DNA of 64,000 bases from a virus. Below the pieces are notes generated by a model. That model did no database searches. It saw only the letters and a program-made list of their open reading frames with translations, and had not been told where the DNA came from. The translations under genes were made by a program, and so were the position numbers. The number at the start of each line of letters is the position of its first letter. Position 1 is the stretch's first letter. The stretch is taken from IMG/VR virus record IMGVR_UViG_3300044568_002742, positions 7,068 to 71,067 of that record; one strand, given 5' to 3'. Shown in pieces: positions 19,732 to 27,994 of the stretch.

Positions 19732-19810
19732 CAAATCACAGGGAAGCAATGGCAGGAGGCCATGTCGGTAGTTAATACGTATCCAGTAGTTTCAAAGGTA
19801 ACTCGTCTTT
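19732..19810 (+). ncRNA. Candidate small RNA, copy E (near-identical to D)
   Basis: Promoter 19699-19726; core 19782-19800. Confidence 0.6.
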
Positions 19811-20069
19811 AAAAAAATATAAAAAAATAAATGAAAATAAATTTGACAAATGGTAATTACCTGTTATAATAATCACAACATCAACAAAGGAGCAAACCAA
19901 ATGATTGAAGATACATTAGCTTTTGCGGAATACGAAGCCTATCTGGAATTTCAAGCCGAATTTAACGAGCCTTGGCCAGACTTAGCCGAGGAAATATTTT
20001 TCATCTAAGGGATTGACACAGCACATGGACGTGCTATAATGGTACATCATCAACAAAGGAGCAAACATC

Positions 20070-20525
20070 ATGGCAACATCACATCAAGTAACTGTATTCT
20101 TTAATCCCAGCCTACCCTTTTCAAAAGAAGACAAAGCCAAATATAAAAAGTTGAAATTATGTGCGGAGTGTACTGATGACTATATCTTTTTTGATCTAGA
20201 CTCGGCAACAGATACCGCAGTTAAAAAATTCGTGGCAGACTTCAAAGAACTAAGTGGATTAGATAATCCAACCATACGGTATAATATATACATGGAAGCA
20301 CCAGAATATACGTGGGATTTAATAGACTCTGATGACTTCAATGAGGCATTTGCCAATCATTTCGGCAATGGTTACGACATAGTATGTGGTGATGAGTTTT
20401 TTGTAAGTGGCGATACCAGAGAGGAAGCCAAAGACAAGTTAAAACAAGTTAAAGCATTTGTAAAAGAATATATAAAAAATCAAAAACGTAATAGACTGCT
20501 AACACGATTAGAACAATACGCCTAA
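20070..20525 (+). CDS. Hypothetical protein
   Basis: AGGAGCA RBS, own promoter. Confidence 0.75.
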   Translation: MATSHQVTVFFNPSLPFSKEDKAKYKKLKLCAECTDDYIFFDLDSATDTAVKKFVADFKELSGLDNPTIRYNIYMEAPEYTWDLIDSDDFNEAFANHFGNGYDIVCGDEFFVSGDTREEAKDKLKQVKAFVKEYIKNQKRNRLLTRLEQYA

Positions 20526-20586
20526 TATTACTTGACATAGTACATGGACGTGCTATAATGGTACATCATCAACAAAGGAGCAAATC

Positions 20587-20850
20587 ATGTTAGAAAACGT
20601 AAGCAATCTATCACCAGAAGAAGTTTTGAACTATATCGAAATGCCAGTCCATGCCAGCCGTGTAATCAACGAATTAATGGATCAGGTAGCTGAACTCGAA
20701 ACAACCGTAGAAACACTGGAAAATATTCAAAGCGACCTCGAAAATTACTATCATGACCTTGAACATATCATCAACCAAGACCGCGTCAATTATGATAATA
20801 TCATAGCAGAGTTAAAGCAATTAAGCCATAGAATGTATTTGACAATATAA
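20587..20850 (+). CDS. Hypothetical coiled-coil protein
   Basis: AGGAGCA RBS. Confidence 0.7.
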   Translation: MLENVSNLSPEEVLNYIEMPVHASRVINELMDQVAELETTVETLENIQSDLENYYHDLEHIINQDRVNYDNIIAELKQLSHRMYLTI

Positions 20851-20867
20851 CCATATGGAGCAAAGCA

Positions 20868-21170
20868 ATGGCAAAGAAAGACAATAAACAATTGATGATC
20901 GACCTAAATGCCTATAAGCAATTAGAACGCGAGGTGAAAGAGTTAAAAGCCCAATTATCTTCCTCTTATCATTTTGCACACCAAACCATAGACAAGGCAT
21001 CAATCGATCGATTACTCGGTAGTGGTGTATTGTTAGAATTGACTGGCATAGGCGGTAAAGAAATTATCTCACCAGTAATGATCCTCAATGGATTGAGCAA
21101 AGAAACCATCGAGGCACTAAAGGCAGACTTCAAACGAAGCTACGATTATGCAACTGAGTTAAGAGTGTAA
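20868..21170 (+). CDS. Hypothetical protein
   Basis: GGAGCA RBS. Confidence 0.7.
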   Translation: MAKKDNKQLMIDLNAYKQLEREVKELKAQLSSSYHFAHQTIDKASIDRLLGSGVLLELTGIGGKEIISPVMILNGLSKETIEALKADFKRSYDYATELRV

Positions 21171-21237
21171 AAAGAATTTGACATATGGTTATTATTCCAT
21201 TATAATAATCATAACATCAACACATTGGAGCAAACGC

Positions 21238-21498
21238 ATGACACCAAGCAAATTAAAATGGGAAGTTCAAAACACCAACACGGATAAGTATTTTTTCACC
21301 AGAGATACCATGAAGTTCTTTGGCGATACCATGTCCAATTATGGCGTTAGAGCCAAACCAGTAATGGTCAATGGTCAGACCTGCTGGGAGCTTTATCGCA
21401 GACGAGCAGTAAAGAATAACATAATCGATTCAGCGTTTTTTGATGTTATTACATTCAAACGAGTAATTCCAAACGTCAGTATAGTGGAATGCTCATAA
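21238..21498 (+). CDS. Hypothetical protein
   Basis: GGAGCA RBS; FF.R.TMKFFG motif. Confidence 0.7.
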   Translation: MTPSKLKWEVQNTNTDKYFFTRDTMKFFGDTMSNYGVRAKPVMVNGQTCWELYRRRAVKNNIIDSAFFDVITFKRVIPNVSIVECS

Positions 21499-21561
21499 TA
21501 ATACTTGACAATGCACATGGACGTGCTATAATGACTCATCATCAACAAAGGAGCAAACACC

Positions 21562-21765
21562 ATGGCATCATTAATTACCGTTTCCAAAAAACCCAACTTC
21601 CAATCACAGCACCCGAACTCACCAAAGATGCTATCAGCAATTTGCCTTCAAATATGCGGTGGTGGTCTGACCACTACACAAACCGCACAAGCAATGGAAT
21701 TACAATCCAAAATACTGGCAAACGGCAAAGCAACCAAGAACAAATATACCATCACACTAGCGTAA
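21562..21765 (+). CDS. Hypothetical protein
   Basis: AGGAGCA RBS. Confidence 0.65.
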   Translation: MASLITVSKKPNFQSQHPNSPKMLSAICLQICGGGLTTTQTAQAMELQSKILANGKATKNKYTITLA

Positions 21766-21826
21766 ATGCTTGACAATGCACATGGACGTGCTATAATGGT
21801 ACATCATCAACAAAGGAGCAAACCAC

Positions 21827-22198
21827 ATGATTAAAATAATTAATGACAATGGCAGACCTTGGGCAATCGAAATAGCAGATGATCTAGTGTCATTCTATGA
21901 TGCCCGTTATGAGCATACAGACCTAGGCCAGTTTGTTTCAAAGTATTATATCAAGACAATTCTAGAAGGCAATAGCGGTTTATGTCTAGATGGTGGCGTT
22001 CCTGATTGGTCAATCTCACAAGCAGGTATGCAGAGAATTCGAGCTTGGATTAAAGCACAACAAGCAACAGAATACTTTACCGTGTGGGCGGGAGGGACTG
22101 AAGTCAATGACTTTAACCTGACTGAAGAGCAAGCACACATTATCGCAGAACAATTCAAAGTTCTGGGTTATGACGATATTATAATCGAACGAGTATAA
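21827..22198 (+). CDS. Hypothetical protein
   Basis: AGGAGCA RBS; V.FYD.R...GQFVS.Y...GL.L.GGV..W motif. Confidence 0.75.
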   Translation: MIKIINDNGRPWAIEIADDLVSFYDARYEHTDLGQFVSKYYIKTILEGNSGLCLDGGVPDWSISQAGMQRIRAWIKAQQATEYFTVWAGGTEVNDFNLTEEQAHIIAEQFKVLGYDDIIIERV

Positions 22199-22510
22199 TG
22201 CTAGCTGTAAATATATCACTTGACAGCCACACCCGCGTTTGATACACTATGCACTCACTAACACACATATGGAGCAACACACATGACTAAGAAACACTTT
22301 ATCGAAATGGCTAAAATCATCAAAATGAATCAAGACCTGATTGCCCGTAAACAAACCGCTGATGATTTTGCCAAGATGGCTATACAGGCCAATCCACGTT
22401 TCAACAAAGAAACATTCTTTAAGGCTTGCGGAATTTAAAAAACCACTGTATAATATCACTCAATGGTTAAGGGATCGGCTCTTAACCATAACCACTTTTG
22501 AGGATCTGAT

Positions 22511-22741
22511 ATGAACGAAGTTATTACCCGACCTTCCTTCCAAACCATCGAACAAGCTTGGGAATGGCTTGGAGAAATGGATTTGGAATACTCAGATAAT
22601 TGCCGATTTGCATTTACCGACGATCATACCGCTGTGGGTAAGTACGAAGATCAACAAAACCACGGCTGTTGTGGCTCATTCGATGCCATCATTGAAGTCG
22701 ATGGCAGAAGAGCATATATCGGCTGTAATTACGGTCACTAG
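22511..22741 (+). CDS. Hypothetical protein
   Basis: GAGGA RBS; GCCGSFD, IGCNYGH. Confidence 0.65.
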   Translation: MNEVITRPSFQTIEQAWEWLGEMDLEYSDNCRFAFTDDHTAVGKYEDQQNHGCCGSFDAIIEVDGRRAYIGCNYGH

Positions 22742-22793
22742 CAGGACACCAGCAGGACACCAGCAGGACACCAGCAGGACACCAGCACCAGCA
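22740..22793 (+). repeat. Tandem 11-bp repeat (AGCAGGACACC)x4 plus partial copies
   Basis: Read directly; intergenic. Confidence 0.9.
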
Positions 22794-22890
22794 AAAATTT
22801 ATTTTCATTAGGGTATTGCTTTATTGATTCAACGTGGTATAATTATTTCACGGTTTGGGATTGTCCCAAACCACTACGGGAGCAAACCAA

Positions 22891-23433
22891 ATGATTACTG
22901 TTAATACTATTAAGGCACTATTGGCTAACTTAACTGGCACTACATTCGCTAACATCGATTACACCACTGTAGTGCCTACCAGTGCTGGCAATAAGCATAT
23001 CACTATCACTAAGCACACTAACGCTAATGTACAGTTATTCAATGGCATAAAAGATTATGCTAACGTGTACTTGAAAGCAGTACAAAGAACGGCTAACAAG
23101 CTGGATAACAATCCAGAGAACGTAGAAAACTTCATCGTGTCGCCTACTTGGTTTAATCATAGTGATGATTGCTTCAGCCTAGTTAATCATAATAAAACTG
23201 GTGATGCTTATCTGTTTGCCATCTATAATAACGCTAAATCAGAATACTTCATTGATGGCGTTAAGGCATCAAAACAAGCCGTAGCGACCTATTTAACTCC
23301 TAGTGCCAGCAAGGCATTACTTGGTGACGGAACGGTCTATAACGCTACCAATGACGTTACCCATAACGTTACCGTCCGCACCATAGCATTGGCTAACATC
23401 AATACCATCAAGGCGATGGGCGCGACCATCTAG
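22891..23433 (+). CDS. Hypothetical protein, last gene of the early block
   Basis: GGGAGCA RBS; 5' leader hairpin GGTTTGGGA/TCCCAAACC. Confidence 0.75.
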   Translation: MITVNTIKALLANLTGTTFANIDYTTVVPTSAGNKHITITKHTNANVQLFNGIKDYANVYLKAVQRTANKLDNNPENVENFIVSPTWFNHSDDCFSLVNHNKTGDAYLFAIYNNAKSEYFIDGVKASKQAVATYLTPSASKALLGDGTVYNATNDVTHNVTVRTIALANINTIKAMGATI

Positions 23434-23442
23434 GCGACCATC

Positions 23443-23465
23443 ACGTCCCCCCAATGGGGGGACGT
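23443..23465. terminator. Strong GC hairpin closing the early block
   Basis: ACGTCCCCCC-AAT-GGGGGGACGT perfect inverted repeat; no clear U tail. Confidence 0.5.
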
Positions 23466-23614
23466 ACCATACCTGATTATCATTGTCAAATTTATTTTGT
23501 GATGACGACCACGATCATAGTTTTTTTATTTTGTCAAATTTATTTTGCGAGAGGGGCGATCATGCATTTTTACATTTGTCAAATTTTTTTGAAGTTGCCG
23601 TGAAAAACTTTTTG

Positions 23615-23673
23615 ATTTTATCTTCTATTTTATCTTCTATTTTATCTGCTATTTTATCTGCTATTTTATTTCT
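23615..23673. repeat. Tandem 12-bp repeat ATTTTATCT(T/G)CT x4 plus a partial copy, in the non-coding boundary
   Basis: Read directly. Confidence 0.85.
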
Positions 23674-24161
23674 ACTCTTCTAAAAACAAGTAGTATGTGC
23701 AAAAACAGGTCGCACAAAGTTTAAGTAGTGTATATCAATTTTCTACGGATAAATTTTTTATTTCGTCAAAATCCGAAATTACTACCCAGAGAGAATGGAA
23801 ATGTTCCACAAACTCTATCAATTCTTTTTTAAGAATATAAGAGTTCGTAGGGTAATAAAAAAGTAAGTAGGCATACTAGAAAACGGTTTTGAAAAATTCG
23901 CCAAAAAAATTTTCCACGATTGTGGAAAAACTTTATCCTTACCCTGTTCGACTCTATAGATTCTTAAAAAACCTTTTGAGTTTATGAGAATGAATGGGAG
24001 TGACGGGGGGGGTGAAAAGTAAGTGGGGGTATATCGGGAATGGATTTCAAATTTTTCTGGAAAATTTTTTTAAATTTGTTGAATTTGAAAAATCCTGTAG
24101 GATATAAAAAATTTTCACGATTGTGAAATAATAGTAAGTGTGGTGGTTTTTCAAAAAATAG

Positions 24162-24788
24162 TTAGAATATTGGATCTGTAATTACGGGGATATCACCGCG
24201 CATCATCATATTTCTGGAGCTCAGATCGAGTAGGTAATTTGATTTAGCCATATCGTACAAGACAGTAAAGATACCGGGATATTTTTCTTTAAACTTAAGC
24301 ATAGTTTGTTGATAGTCTTGGTCCAGGTCATGTAGTTCTCTTCTTGCGAATAATCTAAAGATAGGAGCGACGTTATTAAATTCATTATTAAAAAAGGTAT
24401 TAGACATAGGTGACAATTTTTCGACTCTAATGACGTAAGTCGTATCATTAATTTTTATAAGATTACCTTTTATTTTGGGAAGGTTTTCGTTATGTTGATT
24501 AGTTTTTGCGTATTTAAAAAAGTGAATATAGCCAGGGTCATCTTTAAAGATTTTGAATATCCATGGATAGTTAGGATGTTCATAGACACCGGCAAAATTA
24601 CCGGAACCCAGATATTTAAATCCGTGGTCAGTCATATAATTTTGCCATTTTGTTAATTGATCTTCTCTATTATATTCTCGTTCATATTTAGCCATTGTTC
24701 CTGCATGGGCTTTTGGGTTTTTGAATATAGCATTGGCTTGTTGGTAGTGTGGATTAGTTTTATAACCTGATAGTTCATCGATTTTCAT
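24162..24788 (-). CDS. Protein-kinase-like protein
   Basis: Gly loop LGSGNFAGVY, FKI, DL...N catalytic-loop-like segment, VITDP. Confidence 0.65.
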   Translation of the reverse strand: MKIDELSGYKTNPHYQQANAIFKNPKAHAGTMAKYEREYNREDQLTKWQNYMTDHGFKYLGSGNFAGVYEHPNYPWIFKIFKDDPGYIHFFKYAKTNQHNENLPKIKGNLIKINDTTYVIRVEKLSPMSNTFFNNEFNNVAPIFRLFARRELHDLDQDYQQTMLKFKEKYPGIFTVLYDMAKSNYLLDLSSRNMMMRGDIPVITDPIF

Positions 24789-24837
24789 AATGATATTTAT
24801 TTGTTTATTAGTTAATAAATATGATAAAGGAATTTGA

Positions 24838-25371
24838 ATGAAGGTAAGAGAAATAATAAATGAAGCGCATCATTCTATAATAGCGACTATGGAAATTGGT
24901 GATTGGATATTAGATATTGATTCCCATTATATTGCCACGATTGCGGATCGTAGTAATAAGGTAAATGCCAAAGAAGTAACTAGTATAATATCATTTGCGT
25001 GTTTGTATTCAGAAGAGTTAAAGAAGCTACCTAGAGGAACGGGGGCATTTGTACAAGACACTGTATCTAATATATCTATATTTTTGCATCGATATAAAAA
25101 CCAGCCTAATCGATTACGACTGGAGACTGTTTTGACACCGGACATGACTCCAAAGGATCGTATTATTAGGATAACGGTTCCATCTACTAATACCAAGATG
25201 TCGAGGAAGGATATAAAAAACATAGAGCGTGTAAGGATGGATACCCAATTGAGGGGTAGGGACAGTGTTAGTCAAGATTATGAAAACAACAAAGATGTGA
25301 TTGATGCTATGTCTACTATGGATAGAAATCAGCGTAGGGTGTTAAAAAAGAATTTAGCGCGTATTAGATAG
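24838..25371 (+). CDS. Hypothetical protein with MKVREIINE N-terminus
   Basis: TAAATA late-type promoter at ~24815. Confidence 0.7.
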   Translation: MKVREIINEAHHSIIATMEIGDWILDIDSHYIATIADRSNKVNAKEVTSIISFACLYSEELKKLPRGTGAFVQDTVSNISIFLHRYKNQPNRLRLETVLTPDMTPKDRIIRITVPSTNTKMSRKDIKNIERVRMDTQLRGRDSVSQDYENNKDVIDAMSTMDRNQRRVLKKNLARIR

Positions 25372-25530
25372 TGACATGTTAAATAAGAGTGGATTAGTTG
25401 AACCTAAGCATCGATATTCAAAGCGTGAAAAAGCAAGAGCTGAACCGTATGATTATGTGGATAAAGTATTGTCTACGCATTCAGGCAAAGAAGTAGACCG
25501 AGTTAGCAAATTAGCAGAGAGATTGCTTAG

Positions 25531-26130
25531 ATGAAGATAAAAGACATTATAGTAGAGATGAGTCAGTTGATCGATCCAGTAATAAGCCTATTAGCTAATC
25601 CGACTCGTAATTTAGAGCAATACAAATCTTTCATGCAACAAGTTCGCTATGATCCTCTCTACACGGTTGTTGGTCGTTTGGGTGATGTTCTTCTATATAG
25701 TGGTAATAATGGGCATGTTCATCAATACATTGCCGTTGATCCAACGCGAGAGCGTATTGTATATAAGATGGAATTTAAAGTTCATCAGCATAGGTTATTG
25801 GGGAGTTATGTCGTGCAGGAATGGTTATGGGCGGATCCCTCCTACAAGTTAGATCTTCCCAGTAGGGTATTTGAAGAGTTGTTAGCGGATTATTTGACTG
25901 TTGTGTGTGATGCGGAGCAGACTGAGTTGGGTAAGAAGTTTTGGTTAAAGCAATTGAGTAAGGCATTTAGTCGGGGATTGTCTGTCCTCTATGTAGATTT
26001 TTCCAACAATGTCAAGATAGTGGTACCCGATATGCCTTCCCTCAATGCTTTTGATCGTCGGTATAAGATATGGACACGATTGGAATCATCTACCAATCGT
26101 GTTTTTGCCATTAGCACGATTGTAAAATAA
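25531..26130 (+). CDS. Hypothetical protein (possible degenerate GNAT fold) with MKIKDIIVE N-terminus
   Basis: W.DP.Y, D..QT..GKKFW motif. Confidence 0.6.
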   Translation: MKIKDIIVEMSQLIDPVISLLANPTRNLEQYKSFMQQVRYDPLYTVVGRLGDVLLYSGNNGHVHQYIAVDPTRERIVYKMEFKVHQHRLLGSYVVQEWLWADPSYKLDLPSRVFEELLADYLTVVCDAEQTELGKKFWLKQLSKAFSRGLSVLYVDFSNNVKIVVPDMPSLNAFDRRYKIWTRLESSTNRVFAISTIVK

Positions 26131-26226
26131 ATACATTATGTTTTACCGTGATCCCTTGCTATTATGTAGTGTAATCATAATAGCAATCCTACTTGATCTG
26201 TTAGAAGATCTATTTTACCTTTAGGG

Positions 26227-26664
26227 TTACCATTTACGGCAAGACCAGTATCTCGCTTTAGTTCTCGGTCCTGGGTTATCGCAATTATGTCTAGCGCGAA
26301 AACTTTTGCGTCTAGCTGGGTTTGATTTTTTGATACGCATATTAGGGTCGCCGAAGTTTACTTTTTTGATATTGCCAGTACTGGGGTCTCTAACATAGAC
26401 TTTAAATTTCTTGACATCGCCTTGTTGTGGTTTACCGAGTGTAACTGAATGTCCCTGGTAATCTGCTTCATCCAGCATATCTTCATTATAGTACAAATCA
26501 CCATATGCCTCATAGAAGTCATCGCCATGATAGGTTTCCTCAATGGCAACACAGTTATTAACTCTGGTATCACCTTTCATCTTACTGCCTTGTTTTTTGT
26601 ATCCTTTCCAGCATTTAGCATCTAGGCGTTGTTTAGTTTCTGATATTATTTCGAGTATTTTCAT
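26227..26664 (-). CDS. Conserved phage protein (DUF6321-like)
   Basis: KKFKVYV...KKVNFGD, RRKSFRARHNC, YWSCRKW. Confidence 0.7.
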   Translation of the reverse strand: MKILEIISETKQRLDAKCWKGYKKQGSKMKGDTRVNNCVAIEETYHGDDFYEAYGDLYYNEDMLDEADYQGHSVTLGKPQQGDVKKFKVYVRDPSTGNIKKVNFGDPNMRIKKSNPARRKSFRARHNCDNPGPRTKARYWSCRKW

Positions 26665-27884
26665 TAGTGTATCATCAGGTATGTATTGAGTACATCCCTC
26701 CTTTTAGCTGCTAGGTCACCCGCCCCTGGTGGTACGATGACATTCCACACTGGTTTATCCCCGAGTGGTAATTGTATTACTTGGTTGTAGGTTATGATAG
26801 ATTCTTTACTGATATTAAATCCTGTCACCATTCTATCCTTAAAGGTAGAGAGTGATTGTTCATCTTTAAATTGAACCTGTCCGGATTTATCTTTAATTTT
26901 TTTATTTCCCTTTTTGGCAATCAAATCATTGAACATGCTACTGGGGATAACTTCTGCCCTGAGTACGACATTGCCTTGTTTTTCATAATCGGCAACTTGT
27001 CTAGCTTGGCTGGTAGTAGAACCTGTAGAGAATCTATTGAGCCAATTAGGAGGAGTATTTCCCGTGATGGCGATAGCCATTTTGGTATAGGCATAGAATT
27101 CCACATTGGGATTCTTATTAGCGATATTGTAGGCGAGGTCGAGGTATTCCTTACTGAAAAAATCTCCTGCATCGTGCCATCGAACCACCAGTTTAATCAT
27201 TCTAGCCTGTAGTCTCTTTTCCGTATTGGCGATTGTTGCGTTAATCATATTAGCGAAGCCAGTTGGGTCATTGAGGAGGAAATTAAGATATCGAGCTGCG
27301 CTCATGCTACTACCTGGGAATTGTCTATATCCGCCTTTTCTCGCATAGCAGAAAATTTTACATTCTCCTGCTCCCGGGCAGGTATTGACATCGACGAACT
27401 CCATAGTTTCCTCATCTACAACTAAACCCGATAGAGCAGGCAGGGTGATATCGAAGATTACTTCATTGCTCCCACTGGAGGTTTTCATCTTTTTATTACC
27501 CGTTAGGGCGAAGTTATCGGCTTGTTGTGGTGTAGTCTTGCCTGATTTTTTCATCTTGCTATTAACGGCGATGACATTTTTGGCATTTGGTCTAACCATA
27601 ATCTGTTTAGCTAATTCTTGCAGATCCCATTCTTCGCCGGTATCGTTAAGGACTTTAAGATTACTGGCATGAAGGATAGGGCGTAGTTTATCCTTGGTAC
27701 TGGTATGTGTTTTGCTTTTAATCCTACCGGCATAATCATGAATATCCCCATGTGATAATCTGGTATGTGGAGCATTAAGGTGGATAGCCTCATCGATATC
27801 TTGATCGACTGGGCCGAGTACCTCTACGGGGAAACCGCCTAATTGGCGTTGTTTCATTTCTGTAATTACTTCTAATATCTTCAT
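26664..27884 (-). CDS. Gp88-like (radical-SAM-related CxxxxxCxxxC) protein
   Basis: TCPGAGECKIFCYARKG, RWHDAGDF, FYAYTK. Confidence 0.7.
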   Translation of the reverse strand: MKILEVITEMKQRQLGGFPVEVLGPVDQDIDEAIHLNAPHTRLSHGDIHDYAGRIKSKTHTSTKDKLRPILHASNLKVLNDTGEEWDLQELAKQIMVRPNAKNVIAVNSKMKKSGKTTPQQADNFALTGNKKMKTSSGSNEVIFDITLPALSGLVVDEETMEFVDVNTCPGAGECKIFCYARKGGYRQFPGSSMSAARYLNFLLNDPTGFANMINATIANTEKRLQARMIKLVVRWHDAGDFFSKEYLDLAYNIANKNPNVEFYAYTKMAIAITGNTPPNWLNRFSTGSTTSQARQVADYEKQGNVVLRAEVIPSSMFNDLIAKKGNKKIKDKSGQVQFKDEQSLSTFKDRMVTGFNISKESIITYNQVIQLPLGDKPVWNVIVPPGAGDLAAKRRDVLNTYLMIH

Positions 27885-27994
27885 AAAAGGTATTTATGAA
27901 ATAAATAATAGATGTTTTATAAAGATCCAGTACTTTTATGTATAGCGGTAATGGTCATATTAGCGATAGTAAAAGTATCGCTTGATATCTTCTA

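Larger units (their letters stand above)
15349..21797 (+). promoter_or_regulatory. Set of 14 promoters (plus one at 1953) whose spacer forms a hairpin with an ANGGAN loop
   Basis: e.g. TAGTCC-ACGGAT-GGACTA (15355), AGGGC-AAGGAT-GCCCT (15614), TAACAC-AGGGAC-GTGTTA (16030), GCAC-ATGGAC-GTGC (17196). Confidence 0.8.
290..23433 (+). other. Early/host-takeover gene array: >55 small co-oriented genes, most with their own sigma70 promoter and GGAGCA RBS
   Basis: Repeated TTGACA-N16-18-TATAAT/TATACT followed by an A/C-rich leader, GGAGCA and ATG. TTGACA/TTGACT at e.g. 290, 555, 998, 1766, 1953, 2465, 8499, 10595, 11096, 15349, 15608, 16024, 16342, 16568, 17188, 17444, 18409, 18843, 19699, 20013, 20532, 21505, 21770. 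Confidence 0.92.

Noticed and set aside
15642-19810. CRISPR array or mini-array reading of the repeated GTTTCAAAGG units
   Set aside because: Copies are dispersed 0.8-13 kb apart, each behind its own promoter; there is no repeat-spacer periodicity and no cas gene. The resemblance to CRISPR repeat ends is only 7 nt.
2323-22459. Minus-strand track ORFs in the early block, and plus-strand shadows of the late genes
   Set aside because: They are antisense shadows of well-supported genes and have no RBS or promoter.
22569-23683. Track ORFs 22569-22811 and 23483-23683
   Set aside because: They exist because of the tandem repeats, lack an RBS or promoter, and overlap a better ORF or lie in the non-coding boundary.
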